A stretch of DNA of 64,000 nt, from positions 35,903-99,902 of the forward strand of contig CBFHKG010000003.1 in the NCBI GenBank assembly GCA_965656355.1. The letters run 5' to 3'. The notes under the pieces are model-generated. The model ran no database searches, was not told the DNA's origin, and saw nothing but the letters and a program-made list of their open reading frames with translations. Both the position numbers and the translations under genes were made by a program. Shown one piece after another: positions 29,523 through 39,955 of the stretch (position 1 is its first letter; every line of letters begins with the position of its first letter). This DNA comes from Methylophilaceae bacterium. GTDB taxonomy: Bacteria; Pseudomonadota; Gammaproteobacteria; Burkholderiales; Methylophilaceae.

Positions 29523-29855
29523 TTAATTTTCAGCTGAAAAATCAGTTCTTTTTATATTCTGGTGAGATTGATGATTCTTAATTTTATCTTTATGCTTAAT
29601 AATTTGTTTGTCGAGTTTGCTAACTAATAAATCAATTGATTGATACATATCAGAACTCGAACATTTAGCATGAAGATCAGTCTTGTGCAGGTAAATATTT
29701 CCTTCAGCATTATGAGTGATATTCTCAATACTCAATATAATTTTAATTTCTGAAATTTCTTGAGAATGCCCCTCTATTTTTTTTAGTTTTTTCCCGATAT
29801 GATCTTTTAAGCCATCGGTAATCTCAAGATGATGTCCTATTATGTTAATTTTCAT
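29523..29855 (-). CDS. hpf: Ribosome hibernation promoting factor (short HPF/YhbH type)
   Basis: 110 aa. Contains 'MKINIIGHHLEITDGLKDHI..KL.KI'. It lies immediately downstream of rpoN. Confidence 0.85.
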   Translation of the reverse strand: MKINIIGHHLEITDGLKDHIGKKLKKIEGHSQEISEIKIILSIENITHNAEGNIYLHKTDLHAKCSSSDMYQSIDLLVSKLDKQIIKHKDKIKNHQSHQNIKRTDFSAEN

Positions 29856-29864
29856 ACAAATATT

Positions 29865-31172
29865 TTATACTTTTCTTTGGTTAGAAGGCAAAATTTTTAA
29901 TTTAATACGATACTTTGCAACTGTTCTTCTAGCTATTTCTATTCCATCGTTGTTTAGAATCTTACATATCGCAGAATCTGAATAAGGCTTTTTGGGATTT
30001 TCTTTTCTAATAAGAGTATTTATCTTGCTTAGAAGTGATCTTGATGAGACATCTTGACTTTCATTCCCAACAGAAGAGTTAAAGAAAAATTTTATTTCGA
30101 ATATCCCATGTGGTGTGGCAATAAACTTATTTGAAGAAATTCTTGAAATAGTTGATTCATGCAATTCAAGATCAGATGCAATTTTCTTTAATGTTAAAGG
30201 TTTGATACCAGACACTCCATGTTCTAAAAAGTTAATCTGATTTTGCATAATTGCTCTAGAAACTCTTAAAATTGAAATCGATCTTTCATTTAAATTTTTT
30301 ATCAACCATTTTGCTTCTTGAAATTTTTCTTTCAAATCTTGATCAAGTGAATTTCTCAAAATATCTTGAGAATTTTCTTCTAATTTCAGTTTAATATGAT
30401 TATCTTCATTTAAATTTGTTATCCACTGTCCATTTTCTTTTTTAATAAAAACATCCGCTGCTATATATGATGTTCGATCAGTTTTTTGAAATATTAGCCC
30501 AGGTTTTGGGTTTAAACTTTTAATTAAGTAGACTGTATCCGTTAGTTCCACTTCACTACATTTTAAATTCTTTTTTAATTCCTCATAATTTTTGTTTCCC
30601 AAGACACTTAAGTGATGTTTTATTAATTTCTCAGCAAGATTACAAATCTTTTCTTGATTATTAATAAGTTTTAATTGAATAGCTAAACATTCGGTTAAAT
30701 TTCTTGCACCAATACCAGGATGTGTAGAATTTTGTATTATTTTTAATAACTCCTCAACTCGTTGTATTGTCGGTTTTTTTTCAATAGGGATTGAATTCCT
30801 AATACCTTCAATAGAATCAATTAAATACCCATTTTCATCAATTGAATCTATTAAGTAAGACAGAGTTAATTGGTCCTCTTCACTAAAATTAAAAATAGCA
30901 ATACTTTCAATTAAATACTCCCTTAGAGTTTGGTTTATCTCTTCATTATTATAAATATCATAATAATTTTGATCGGATGAATACTTAGATTTTGAACTTT
31001 GATTAGATAATAAAGTTGTATCTTTCGCTTTTAGGAAAATATTATCTGATAGATATTCCTCAATCAGGTCATTAAGTTCTGATTGTGATGCATGAAGAAG
31101 CTTTATTGATTGCTGTAGAAGGGGAGTTAATTTTATAGATTGGGATAATCTTAAATTTAAACCTAATTTCAT
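29865..31172 (-). CDS. rpoN: RNA polymerase sigma-54 factor
   Basis: 435 aa. Region I 'LSQSIKLTPLLQQSIKLL', HTH 'LTLKKIASDLELHESTISR', and RpoN box 'ARRTVAKYR'. The acidic region II is short. Confidence 0.93.
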   Translation of the reverse strand: MKLGLNLRLSQSIKLTPLLQQSIKLLHASQSELNDLIEEYLSDNIFLKAKDTTLLSNQSSKSKYSSDQNYYDIYNNEEINQTLREYLIESIAIFNFSEEDQLTLSYLIDSIDENGYLIDSIEGIRNSIPIEKKPTIQRVEELLKIIQNSTHPGIGARNLTECLAIQLKLINNQEKICNLAEKLIKHHLSVLGNKNYEELKKNLKCSEVELTDTVYLIKSLNPKPGLIFQKTDRTSYIAADVFIKKENGQWITNLNEDNHIKLKLEENSQDILRNSLDQDLKEKFQEAKWLIKNLNERSISILRVSRAIMQNQINFLEHGVSGIKPLTLKKIASDLELHESTISRISSNKFIATPHGIFEIKFFFNSSVGNESQDVSSRSLLSKINTLIRKENPKKPYSDSAICKILNNDGIEIARRTVAKYRIKLKILPSNQRKV

Positions 31173-31173
31173 T

Positions 31174-31896
31174 TTAAAGTATAAAGTTCTCGCCTAAATA
31201 TATATCTTTGACACTCTGGTTTTGAGCGATAACTTTTGGTGTGCCCTGAGCAAAAATTTCACCTTGGTTTACAATATATGCTTGATCACAGATACCTAAA
31301 GTTTCTCTAACGCTATGGTCAGTGATTAAGATGCCAATTCCATTAGAGGCGAGTTGTTTGATAATTTTTTGAATATCAATGACGGCAATAGGATCAATTC
31401 CGGCAAAAGGTTCATCAAGAAGAATAAATTTTGGTTTATTTGCCAGGCATCTTGCTATTTCAACTCTTCTCCTCTCTCCACCCGAAAGGCTAATAGCTGT
31501 ATTTTTTTTAATGTGCTGAATGTTTAATTCCTTTAAAAGGCTTTCAAGCTCTAATTTTATTTGATGCTTACTTAAATTTCGAAGCTCTAAAATGCTAATG
31601 ATATTTTCACTTACATCCATCTTTCGGAAAATTGATGGTTCTTGTGGTAAGTATGAGATACCTTGTTTTGCTCTAATGTGAATTGGAGTTTTCGTTAAAT
31701 TTTTCTGATCTAATAAAATATTGCCATGATCAGCTGTTATTAAGCCAACAATCATATAAAAAGTGGTTGTTTTTCCTGCCCCGTTAGGACCAAGAAGACC
31801 AACTATTTGGCCACTTGATATTTTTAATGAAACATTTTTAACAACAATATTTTTTTTATAACTTTTTCTTAAGTTTTGAATTGTTAAAGTAGACAT
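31174..31896 (-). CDS. lptB: LPS export ABC transporter ATP-binding protein
   Basis: 240 aa. Walker A 'GPNGAGKTT', signature 'LSGGERRR', Walker B 'ILLDEP'. It sits in the lptC-lptA-lptB-rpoN order. Confidence 0.93.
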   Translation of the reverse strand: MSTLTIQNLRKSYKKNIVVKNVSLKISSGQIVGLLGPNGAGKTTTFYMIVGLITADHGNILLDQKNLTKTPIHIRAKQGISYLPQEPSIFRKMDVSENIISILELRNLSKHQIKLELESLLKELNIQHIKKNTAISLSGGERRRVEIARCLANKPKFILLDEPFAGIDPIAVIDIQKIIKQLASNGIGILITDHSVRETLGICDQAYIVNQGEIFAQGTPKVIAQNQSVKDIYLGENFIL

Positions 31897-32414
31897 TATT
31901 TTTTAGGCTTTATAATTGCTTTTGTACGCCCTTTTTTTGTCTCTGAGCCGTTCTCATCTTTTCTTGACAGTGCTTGGGCAAATTCACTAGTGGCATCATA
32001 CATAATATAATCTCCCCATACCTCGTCATCACCTCTTTTTACAAAGGCTTTTTCATACAAGTGAATTTTGTCCATATGACCATCGTACTCAATTCGAAGA
32101 GCCTTGCCTTCAATATATTCATCAGAACCTTCCATTTTTTGTCTAAAAGTTGTTGGATTACCAATGGAAGTACTATGTTGAAAACCTTGTCTATCCTCTC
32201 TAATAATAAGTTTGTCTGCATTTATTAATAGCGATCCCTGAGTTAGAATTACGTCCCCTTCATAAGTACTAGTATTTTTAGTTTCTTCTACTGTCATCGT
32301 ATCAGCTTCAATTTCAATAGGTTTATCACTATCTGCCTCTTCTGAAATAGCGAATTGACAGAATAAAATTGATATTACGAAAACATAATATATATATTTA
32401 TTTTTTGTACTCAA
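31896..32414 (-). CDS. lptA: LPS transport periplasmic protein LptA
   Basis: 172 aa with a signal peptide and an OstA-like beta-jellyroll pattern ('I.I.AD......t..Y.G.V...QG.l.i.AD.l'). Position between lptC and lptB supports the call. Confidence 0.8.
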   Translation of the reverse strand: MSTKNKYIYYVFVISILFCQFAISEEADSDKPIEIEADTMTVEETKNTSTYEGDVILTQGSLLINADKLIIREDRQGFQHSTSIGNPTTFRQKMEGSDEYIEGKALRIEYDGHMDKIHLYEKAFVKRGDDEVWGDYIMYDATSEFAQALSRKDENGSETKKGRTKAIIKPKK

Positions 32415-33004
32415 TATTTGAATCTTTCATCACCTGTTGGTTTTTCATAGCGTACTTTAACATTGCTTAAAAGTTTTAAAATTCCCTCTTTATTATCATA
32501 CTTCATTCCAACTCCATCTATTTCAATATTTGGTTCTTGAATCATTTTTACAGCTTTTTGGCTTGTGACAATATCTAATTCTGAATATATATTAAGTTCA
32601 TGAGTATAGAGTTTTAGAGTCTTTTTTGTCTTTGTAGGAAGCCTTATGAGGATAGCATTTTCTTTAAGGGTGATTTCTTCCCCCTTATCGCTTATTTCAC
32701 CTACATCGCTATAAATAGTCGAATGTTTTTTTTTATTTTTATATTTTGTATAGAAGGGTTTAAATAAGGAAGTTTTATCTTCTTCTTTAAAATGTTTCAT
32801 ATAATCAGCTCGAAGGGAAGATTGTAAATTCCCATCTTCATCAGTTTTAGTTGAATCAAAATCTTTGAGGAAGAATGATGGCCCACTATTTTTACTTAGC
32901 GTAAAGTTTTTATATTCATTTATAACTTCTTCTTTGAGCCAAAAAGATGCTAATGCAACAATGGCTATAAAAATTAAAGCAAAAGCCGTTGAAAGTAAAT
33001 TCAT
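32411..33004 (-). CDS. lptC: LPS export system protein LptC
   Basis: 197 aa with a single N-terminal TM anchor. It lies between kdsD and lptA. Sequence similarity was judged only qualitatively. Confidence 0.7.
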   Translation of the reverse strand: MNLLSTAFALIFIAIVALASFWLKEEVINEYKNFTLSKNSGPSFFLKDFDSTKTDEDGNLQSSLRADYMKHFKEEDKTSLFKPFYTKYKNKKKHSTIYSDVGEISDKGEEITLKENAILIRLPTKTKKTLKLYTHELNIYSELDIVTSQKAVKMIQEPNIEIDGVGMKYDNKEGILKLLSNVKVRYEKPTGDERFKY

Positions 33005-33011
33005 AAAATAA

Positions 33012-33971
33012 CTATAAAATTTTAGCCTTGAAAAGGCTTTGCAGTGTTAGGGAGCCAACTAAAGAATTATCTGTTTTAGTAATTAAAAAAGATGTAATTT
33101 GTTTATTCTCCATAATCTTGAGTGCCTCTATCGCCATTTGTTTTCCATTCAATGTAAAAGGTGAGGTTTTCATTACATCAGAAATAGGTGTATCAAGACT
33201 AAAATGACTTAAAAGTGATCTTCTCAAATCACCATCAGTGAATATTCCTTTCGGTATATTTTGTTTATCAACAATGGCTGTAAAACCTAATTTTTTGTTT
33301 GTAATTTCCTTTATTGCATCACTAATGGTATCTTCAAGATTAATTTTTGGTGTAGATTCTAAATTTATCATAATATCTTCAATGTGAACGATCTTCCCAA
33401 GGGAACCACCCGGATGCGACCTTGCAAAATCCTCCGAACTAAAATCTCTTTCATTAAGAACACAGACGGCAAGTGCATCACCAAGTGCTAACATTAAGGA
33501 CGAACTAGCTGTTGGAGCAAGACCCAGAGGGCATGCTTCTTTTGTAACTGAGGAATTAATATGAATGTTACTTTCATTAGATAAAGTTGAGTTAGTATCA
33601 CCAGTAATGCTTATTATTTTTGCCCCTATTCTCTTAATAAGAGGGATTAGTAGTATGAGTTCTTGACTCTCTCCTGAATTTGAAAGAAAGATAACAATAT
33701 CTTTATCCGTAATCATACCTAAGTCACCATGACTAGCCTCACCGGGATGCATAAAGAAGGATGGCGTTCCAGTACTTGAGAGAGTAGAAGCTATTTTTCC
33801 TGCAATGTGACCTGATTTTCCAATACCACTTAAAATAACTCTACCTTCACAGCAAAGAATATGCTCCACGGCATCAGAGAATTCATTTGATATTTTGTCA
33901 CTCGCTTTTAATATTTCAGTTGCCTCAACTTTAAGGACATCCTGAGCAAGTTTTATAATTTTTGGCAACAT
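33012..33971 (-). CDS. kdsD: Arabinose-5-phosphate isomerase (SIS plus tandem CBS)
   Basis: 319 aa. SIS motif 'GIGKSGHIAGKIASTLSSTGTPSFFMHPGEASHGDLG', followed by two CBS repeats. Confidence 0.9.
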   Translation of the reverse strand: MLPKIIKLAQDVLKVEATEILKASDKISNEFSDAVEHILCCEGRVILSGIGKSGHIAGKIASTLSSTGTPSFFMHPGEASHGDLGMITDKDIVIFLSNSGESQELILLIPLIKRIGAKIISITGDTNSTLSNESNIHINSSVTKEACPLGLAPTASSSLMLALGDALAVCVLNERDFSSEDFARSHPGGSLGKIVHIEDIMINLESTPKINLEDTISDAIKEITNKKLGFTAIVDKQNIPKGIFTDGDLRRSLLSHFSLDTPISDVMKTSPFTLNGKQMAIEALKIMENKQITSFLITKTDNSLVGSLTLQSLFKAKIL

Positions 33972-34059
33972 AACTTCAGCTAAATTTTAATTACAATTAC
34001 ATAAGTATAGTGTGGTTTGATAGTAGAATAAAGAATATAAAAAAAAGGTTTTATAGTTT

Positions 34060-36036
34060 ATGTTTGAATCTCTTCAACTAATAATCTTATTATTAGTAAG
34101 CTCTGTGTTCTTGGTAGCACTTTTTAAATATCTATCATTGCCTCCAATGATCGCATATTTTGTTGTAGGGCTTATTCTTGGACCAAATGCTTTAGGAATT
34201 CTTCCAGACTCTGAATCAAGCCGCCATTTTGTTGAATTTGGTATTGTATTTTTAATGTTTACAATTGGTTTAGAATTTAGCTTGCCTAAGTTAAATTCAA
34301 TGAGAAATATATTATTTGGTTTAGGAGGATCTCAAGTCCTAATAACACTTCTTGTTGTCATAATGTGCGGTGTTTTTTTTGGTTTGCAATTACCTTCAGC
34401 ATTTATTATTGGCGCAGCACTTACGATGTCGTCAACAGCGATAGTTTCTAAGATTTTGATTGAGAGATCAGATTTAAATAGCCGGCATGGAAGACTTTCT
34501 ATTGGAATTCTATTGTTTCAGGATATTGCGGTGATATTTATTTTAATATTGATCCCTGTATTTAATAATTTGGAAGCAGATTTATTTAAATTGATTATTT
34601 TTTCAGTATTAAAAATTGTTTTTTTATTATTTATTGTATTTAAGGCTGGTAAACCAGTGATGAACTTTTGGTTTGATATTGTTGCAAAAAATAAATCGAG
34701 AGAATTATTTGTTTTAAATGTTTTAATGATCACTCTTATTTTCTCTTATGCCACTAAATTGGCTGGCTTGTCTTATGCTTTAGGCGCATTTCTTGCTGGC
34801 ATGATTATCTCCGAAACTCGATATAGACACCAAGTAGAATCAGACATTACTTCATTTAGAAATATTTTATTAGGCTTATTTTTTATAAGTGTCGGCATGA
34901 TGTTAAATATCGCGATATTAAAAGATAATTTCCCGCTAATAATTTCATTATTCTTAATTTTTACATTTTTTAAAATTATTTTAATTACAGCCTTAACAAC
35001 CCTGTTTAAGTATGAGCTTGGTGTGGGGGTTAGAACAGGGATTATTTTATCTCAGGCGGGAGAGTTTGGCTTTGTGATTTTAGCCCTTGGCCAAAAAAAT
35101 GAAATTATTACAGGGGATATATTCCAAATAATATTATCTGTATGTTTATTATCTATGTTGATTGCACCAATATTAATCCCATTTAATGGTCGAATTGCTA
35201 GATGGGTTGCGAAAGGATATTCCAAAAAATCCGAAACTCTTGTTAAGCAAATTGAAGGGGTAGGGCATGATTATTCAGATCATGTGATTTTATGTGGTTA
35301 CGGGAGAAGTGGACAATATCTTGGAAGATTTTTAAAAGAAGAAAATATTAGTTTTATCGCTATTGATATGGATTTAAATAGAGTAAGCGATGCATCTATA
35401 GCTGGCGAAAATGTTATGTATGGGGATGCAAGCAGGAGGATTGTTCTCAGAGCAGCAGGGATTGAAAGAGCAAAGGCAGTAATCGTTGCCTACACAGATG
35501 ATAGGTCAACAGAAAAAGTACTGAACGTTATTAGAGAGTCTTATCCAATTTTACCGGTAATTGTTAGAACTAAAGATGAATCGTCTGTAGATAAATTGCA
35601 AAATGCAGGGGCTACAGATGTAGTTCCTGAGGTACAAGAGGGTAGTTTAATGTTAGCGTCACATGCACTTGTTCTTCTTGGGATACCCTTAAGCAATGTA
35701 ATTAAAAAAATCAGAATCTTTAGGAGTGAACGATACAAAATGTTTAGAGGATATTTTGCTGGAGCAACGGATGTTGATCAGGAGACTTCAAGCCAAGACT
35801 TACCTCAACTTCACTCAGTTGAAATAAAAGAATATTTTTCTATTTGTAATAATGCAATATCAAACTTATCTTTGAAGAATTTTGATGTTGAAATTCAATA
35901 TATAAGAAGACCTAATATGTTAGAAAATATTGAACCAAGACCAGATATTATTTTATCTGCTGGAGATATATTAGTCATTATAGGCACTCAAGAAAACTTA
36001 AATTTATTTGAAAAATATACCATTAATGGAGAATAG
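34060..36036 (+). CDS. CPA2-family monovalent cation:proton antiporter with TrkA-N/TrkA-C (YbaL/KefB-like)
   Basis: 658 aa with about 12 TM segments. It has a Rossmann motif 'ILCGYGRSGQ' and a C-terminal TrkA-C-like segment. Confidence 0.85.
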   Translation: MFESLQLIILLLVSSVFLVALFKYLSLPPMIAYFVVGLILGPNALGILPDSESSRHFVEFGIVFLMFTIGLEFSLPKLNSMRNILFGLGGSQVLITLLVVIMCGVFFGLQLPSAFIIGAALTMSSTAIVSKILIERSDLNSRHGRLSIGILLFQDIAVIFILILIPVFNNLEADLFKLIIFSVLKIVFLLFIVFKAGKPVMNFWFDIVAKNKSRELFVLNVLMITLIFSYATKLAGLSYALGAFLAGMIISETRYRHQVESDITSFRNILLGLFFISVGMMLNIAILKDNFPLIISLFLIFTFFKIILITALTTLFKYELGVGVRTGIILSQAGEFGFVILALGQKNEIITGDIFQIILSVCLLSMLIAPILIPFNGRIARWVAKGYSKKSETLVKQIEGVGHDYSDHVILCGYGRSGQYLGRFLKEENISFIAIDMDLNRVSDASIAGENVMYGDASRRIVLRAAGIERAKAVIVAYTDDRSTEKVLNVIRESYPILPVIVRTKDESSVDKLQNAGATDVVPEVQEGSLMLASHALVLLGIPLSNVIKKIRIFRSERYKMFRGYFAGATDVDQETSSQDLPQLHSVEIKEYFSICNNAISNLSLKNFDVEIQYIRRPNMLENIEPRPDIILSAGDILVIIGTQENLNLFEKYTINGE

Positions 36037-36039
36037 TTT

Positions 36040-37047
36040 GTGGCTGTAAAAGCCGTCATAATCGGAGGAGGAGTTGTAGGTTGTATCACTGCAATTAAAC
36101 TTAAAGAAAATGGATACGATGTCACTGTGGTAGATAAATCAATTGTTGGTGAAGAATCATCAGCAGCAGGAGCGGGCATCATATTTCCATTAATGCCTTG
36201 GAATTACGAATCAAGGGTATTTGATTTGTGTATAGGCGCATTTTCATTCTATAAAAATTTATCAATTAAGTTAATAAAAGCTGGATTTGAAGATCCAGAA
36301 TTTATTGAGTCTGGAATGATTTGTATTGATCCATCAGATAAAAAACAAATTGTGCAATGGGGAAAAAATAATAATTTTATAATTAACGAATATTTATTTA
36401 ACAATAAGCCATCGTATGAACTTGCCAAAGTAGCTCAGATTAACCCAAAAAAACTAATGAAATCTTTAAAGCAATATATTTTGAAGCTTGGCGTTGAGCT
36501 TATCGAAAATATGAATATGCGCAAAATAGAAAAAAAATCTAATTATTTAGATGGATGGCCAACTAAAAATAATGAAATGATAAAGGGTGATTTTTTTGTG
36601 ACTACCGTAGGAGCATGGAGCTCAGAAATAAATGATGATTATAAAAATAAAATTTACCCCATACGAGGACAGATAATTAGATACCCTAAATCAGAAATTA
36701 AACTAGATAAAATTTTATATTCGAAAAATTTTTATTTATTACAAAGAAAATGTGGTTCTATTTTAGCAGGAAGTACAATTGAAAATGTAGGCTTTGATAA
36801 AACAGTAACTCCAAAAGCAGCAAATGATCTCAATGAAAAGGCCATCAATCTGATTCCTGAATTAAAAAATTTTAAGCCTTGTAATCAATGGGCTGGTTTA
36901 AGACCTGGTGTAAAAGGAAATATCCCGTTCATAGAGCAAGATAACTATTACAAAAATGTGTTTATAAATTCTGGGCACTATAGATATGGGCTTACAATGG
37001 CCCCAAAATCTGCTAATGAGGTATTAAAATTAATTGAAGACAAATAA
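36040..37047 (+). CDS. FAD-dependent oxidoreductase (ThiO/glycine-oxidase-like, DAO family)
   Basis: 335 aa with a GTG start. Dinucleotide motif 'VIIGGGVVGCITAIKL', plus C-terminal 'GLRPG' and 'NSGHYRYGLTMAP'. Confidence 0.7.
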   Translation: MAVKAVIIGGGVVGCITAIKLKENGYDVTVVDKSIVGEESSAAGAGIIFPLMPWNYESRVFDLCIGAFSFYKNLSIKLIKAGFEDPEFIESGMICIDPSDKKQIVQWGKNNNFIINEYLFNNKPSYELAKVAQINPKKLMKSLKQYILKLGVELIENMNMRKIEKKSNYLDGWPTKNNEMIKGDFFVTTVGAWSSEINDDYKNKIYPIRGQIIRYPKSEIKLDKILYSKNFYLLQRKCGSILAGSTIENVGFDKTVTPKAANDLNEKAINLIPELKNFKPCNQWAGLRPGVKGNIPFIEQDNYYKNVFINSGHYRYGLTMAPKSANEVLKLIEDK

Positions 37048-37915
37048 AAATGAAAAAATTAAGGTTATCTGGCGCTTTATAGATGGAAAAGCAGGTCATG
37101 ATAAACAATCTTTAGGGCTTGTTAAAAGCTTAAAGAATCAAGCTAAATGTAGAATATTTGATATCGATGTTCAAAGTCAAACTAATCCAATTTTTAATTT
37201 AATTTTTAAAAACTATAAGTTACCTGAAGGCATAATAAAGCCTGATATTGCTATAGGGGCAGGCCATAAAACTCATTTACATTTATTAGCTGTAAAAAAA
37301 TGTTTAAATGCAAGGATAGTAGTAATAATGAAACCTAGCCTTCCTCTTAAGCTCTTTGATTTGTGCGTTATCCCTAAACATGATGATGTGAAAAGTAGTA
37401 GTAATGTCTTCATCACGAATACCCCACTAGTAAACTTTAATTTAAAAACGAAAAAAAAAGAAAATATGGGTTTATTTTTAATTGGAGGACCTTCTAAACA
37501 TTTCTATTGGGATTCAAAAATATTGCTAGAGCAAATTAAAAATATCTCAAAAAGGTTTAAATTCCAAAAATTACTAATAACGACTTCAAGAAGAACCCCA
37601 ATAGATTTTATTGATGAATTTAAAAGACTAAAGATTAAAAACATAAGGCTTTATGAATACACTAAAACAACAAATGATTGGTTTGATAAAAATATTACTA
37701 GAGCAAAGAATATTTGGGTTACAAATGATTCATACTCAATGCTTATAGAAGCTATTGCTTCAGGTGCAATTACAGATGTTCTTGAACTTAAAATTAAAAA
37801 AAAATCAAAATTATCTAGGGAAATAAATTCAGTTAAGAAAAAAATAAGAAATAAATTAACAATTCAAAACGAAGCTGAAAGAGTTGCTAAGTTTATTCAA
37901 AAAATATGGTTCTAA
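37034..37915 (+). CDS. ELM1/DUF1022-like protein (predicted GT-B-fold enzyme)
   Basis: 293 aa with a TTG start. The N-terminal 'IDGKAGHDKQSLGLVKSL' resembles the ELM1-family signature as I remember it. It overlaps the upstream gene by 14 nt and the downstream gene by 10 nt. Confidence 0.55.
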   Translation: MKTNKNEKIKVIWRFIDGKAGHDKQSLGLVKSLKNQAKCRIFDIDVQSQTNPIFNLIFKNYKLPEGIIKPDIAIGAGHKTHLHLLAVKKCLNARIVVIMKPSLPLKLFDLCVIPKHDDVKSSSNVFITNTPLVNFNLKTKKKENMGLFLIGGPSKHFYWDSKILLEQIKNISKRFKFQKLLITTSRRTPIDFIDEFKRLKIKNIRLYEYTKTTNDWFDKNITRAKNIWVTNDSYSMLIEAIASGAITDVLELKIKKKSKLSREINSVKKKIRNKLTIQNEAERVAKFIQKIWF

Positions 37916-39057
37916 ATAAAAAAATTACAATTTTACAAGTTTTACCAGATCTCAATTCAGGTGGTGTTGAAAGAGGGACTATCGAGGTAAATAAATATTT
38001 AGCAAATAATGGCTATAGAACTTTAGTAGTGTCCAATGGCGGTAAATTAGTTGAAGAGTTAATAAGAGATAATGGTGAGCATTTTAAACTTGGAGTAGGG
38101 AAAAAAAATCTTTTTGTTATTTTTTCGATTTTTAAATTAATTAATTTTATTAAAAAAAACAAGATCGATATAGTTCATGCGAGATCAAGGCTACCAGCCT
38201 GGATATGTTTTTTAGCTATAAATTTAATAAAAAAAGATAATAGACCCATCTTTATTACTACAGTCCATGGACCTTATACAGTTAATTACTACAGTAGTAT
38301 TATGACTAAAGGAGAAAAAGTAATTGTAGTCTCAGAGATGATTAGGAAGTATGTTCTTCAAAACTACAAGATTGATAGGAAGAAACTCGAACTAAATTAT
38401 AGAGGCGTATCAGATAAAATTTTCCCTTTTAACTTTAAGACATCACAAAAGTGGTTAAGAAAATGGCACAAAGATTTCCCACAAACAAGAAACAAAATAA
38501 TCTTAACGCTTCCAGGAAGAATAACTCGATGGAAAGGTCAAGATGATTTTCTAATTGTAATCAAAGGAATAATTAAAAAATATCCAAATGTTCATGGATT
38601 GATAGTTGGGGATGAAGGTAAGAAACTAAAATTTACAAAAGAACTTAAGGCTCTAGTAATAGAGCGTGGGTTAGATCAAAATATTTCATTTGTCGGTAAT
38701 CGTAAAGATATAAAAGAAATAATGTCTATTTCAAAGATAGTCTTTTCTTTATCAAAGGAACCGGAAGCTTTTGGGAGGATATCGCTTGAGAGTCTTAGTT
38801 TAGGAATCCCTGTAATTGCATATTCACATGGCGGCGTTAAGGAGCAACTAATAAAATTACTTCCAAAAGGATTAATTGAGGTTGGAAAAATTAATGATGC
38901 AGTTAACCTGGCTTTAAAATGGATTGCTAAACCTCCCAAAATAAAAAAGAATAATTTTTTTACTTTGAACAAAATGTTGCAAAATACTCTTAGTGTCTAT
39001 GAAAAAGTTATAAAAGAAAAAGAGGAGGCTTCACTTGATAAAAAAAGAAAGTGCTAA
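37906..39057 (+). CDS. Glycosyltransferase family 4 (GT-B, retaining type)
   Basis: 383 aa. Contains 'LNSGGVERGT' and the EX7E region 'EAFGRISLESLSLGIPVIA'. Confidence 0.8.
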   Translation: MVLNKKITILQVLPDLNSGGVERGTIEVNKYLANNGYRTLVVSNGGKLVEELIRDNGEHFKLGVGKKNLFVIFSIFKLINFIKKNKIDIVHARSRLPAWICFLAINLIKKDNRPIFITTVHGPYTVNYYSSIMTKGEKVIVVSEMIRKYVLQNYKIDRKKLELNYRGVSDKIFPFNFKTSQKWLRKWHKDFPQTRNKIILTLPGRITRWKGQDDFLIVIKGIIKKYPNVHGLIVGDEGKKLKFTKELKALVIERGLDQNISFVGNRKDIKEIMSISKIVFSLSKEPEAFGRISLESLSLGIPVIAYSHGGVKEQLIKLLPKGLIEVGKINDAVNLALKWIAKPPKIKKNNFFTLNKMLQNTLSVYEKVIKEKEEASLDKKRKC

Positions 39058-39955
39058 TTTAATGATTAATTTAAAAGATTATGCAAGGCCTCGATTAAAA
39101 AATTTTTTTAAGAAAAAAAATGTTTTATCTTTAGAAAAATTACAAGGAGAAAGTGATTGTCTTGTCGCAGGCCCATTTCTTGGTGAGTTTGGATGGGAGT
39201 TGATGCAATGGCAGGGATATATAAGGCAGCTCTCAAAATTTTATGAACATGTCATTGTTTATGGAAGGCCTTCATCCGCATTCTTATATAAAGATTTTGT
39301 TTCAGAATTTATAGAAATGGATGTCCCGTCTTGGGATACTGATGCATATCTTCTGCGAGATTTTAATTACTCTGACTGGGCAGCCCAATTTAAGGATAAA
39401 GATATACTTATTGCAGATAATCGATGCAAGGAACTGCCTGGTTTGATGAATCAAGACTTTATTTCTTATGGAGATAAAAAAAAAGAAAATGAATATGATT
39501 TAGTTATTCATGCGAGAGATATTCCATTGCTTAAGGGAAATAAAAAGAAATCATTAAGAAATTGGCCAACAGAATCATGGGACTCATTATGTGAATCATT
39601 AGAACATTTAAAAATTGCATCTGTAGGAATAAAAGAACTTTCTTATGCCCCACAAGGGACTGAAGATTTAAGAGGCATAGAATTAGAAGAGCTTTGTTCT
39701 ATTTTAGTAAGTTCAAAATGTTGTGTAGGTCCCTCATCCGGATTAATGCACCTTGCAAGTTTATGTAAAACACCGCACTTAGTATGGACTTCTAATTATA
39801 ATGGGTCTAAAAGATTTGGGGGAGTTGCATATCGATACCTTAGGAGTTGGAATCCCTTATCTACTAAGGTTAAATTAATAAATAAAGAAGGCGATCAACC
39901 CTCATATAATTATGTTAAAAATGAAGTATTGGATTTTTTAAATAATTTTATATGA
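39035..39955 (+). CDS. Unassigned protein with a GT9-like C-terminal motif (possible glycosyltransferase)
   Basis: 306 aa. 'VGPSSGLMHLASLCKTPHLVW' resembles the GT9 'GNDSGPMHLAAA.G.P.v.lf' motif. I do not recognise the N-terminal 'GPFLGEFGWELMQWQGYIR'. The start may be the ATG at 39062 rather than the TTG at 39035. Confidence 0.45.
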   Translation: MIKKESANLMINLKDYARPRLKNFFKKKNVLSLEKLQGESDCLVAGPFLGEFGWELMQWQGYIRQLSKFYEHVIVYGRPSSAFLYKDFVSEFIEMDVPSWDTDAYLLRDFNYSDWAAQFKDKDILIADNRCKELPGLMNQDFISYGDKKKENEYDLVIHARDIPLLKGNKKKSLRNWPTESWDSLCESLEHLKIASVGIKELSYAPQGTEDLRGIELEELCSILVSSKCCVGPSSGLMHLASLCKTPHLVWTSNYNGSKRFGGVAYRYLRSWNPLSTKVKLINKEGDQPSYNYVKNEVLDFLNNFI

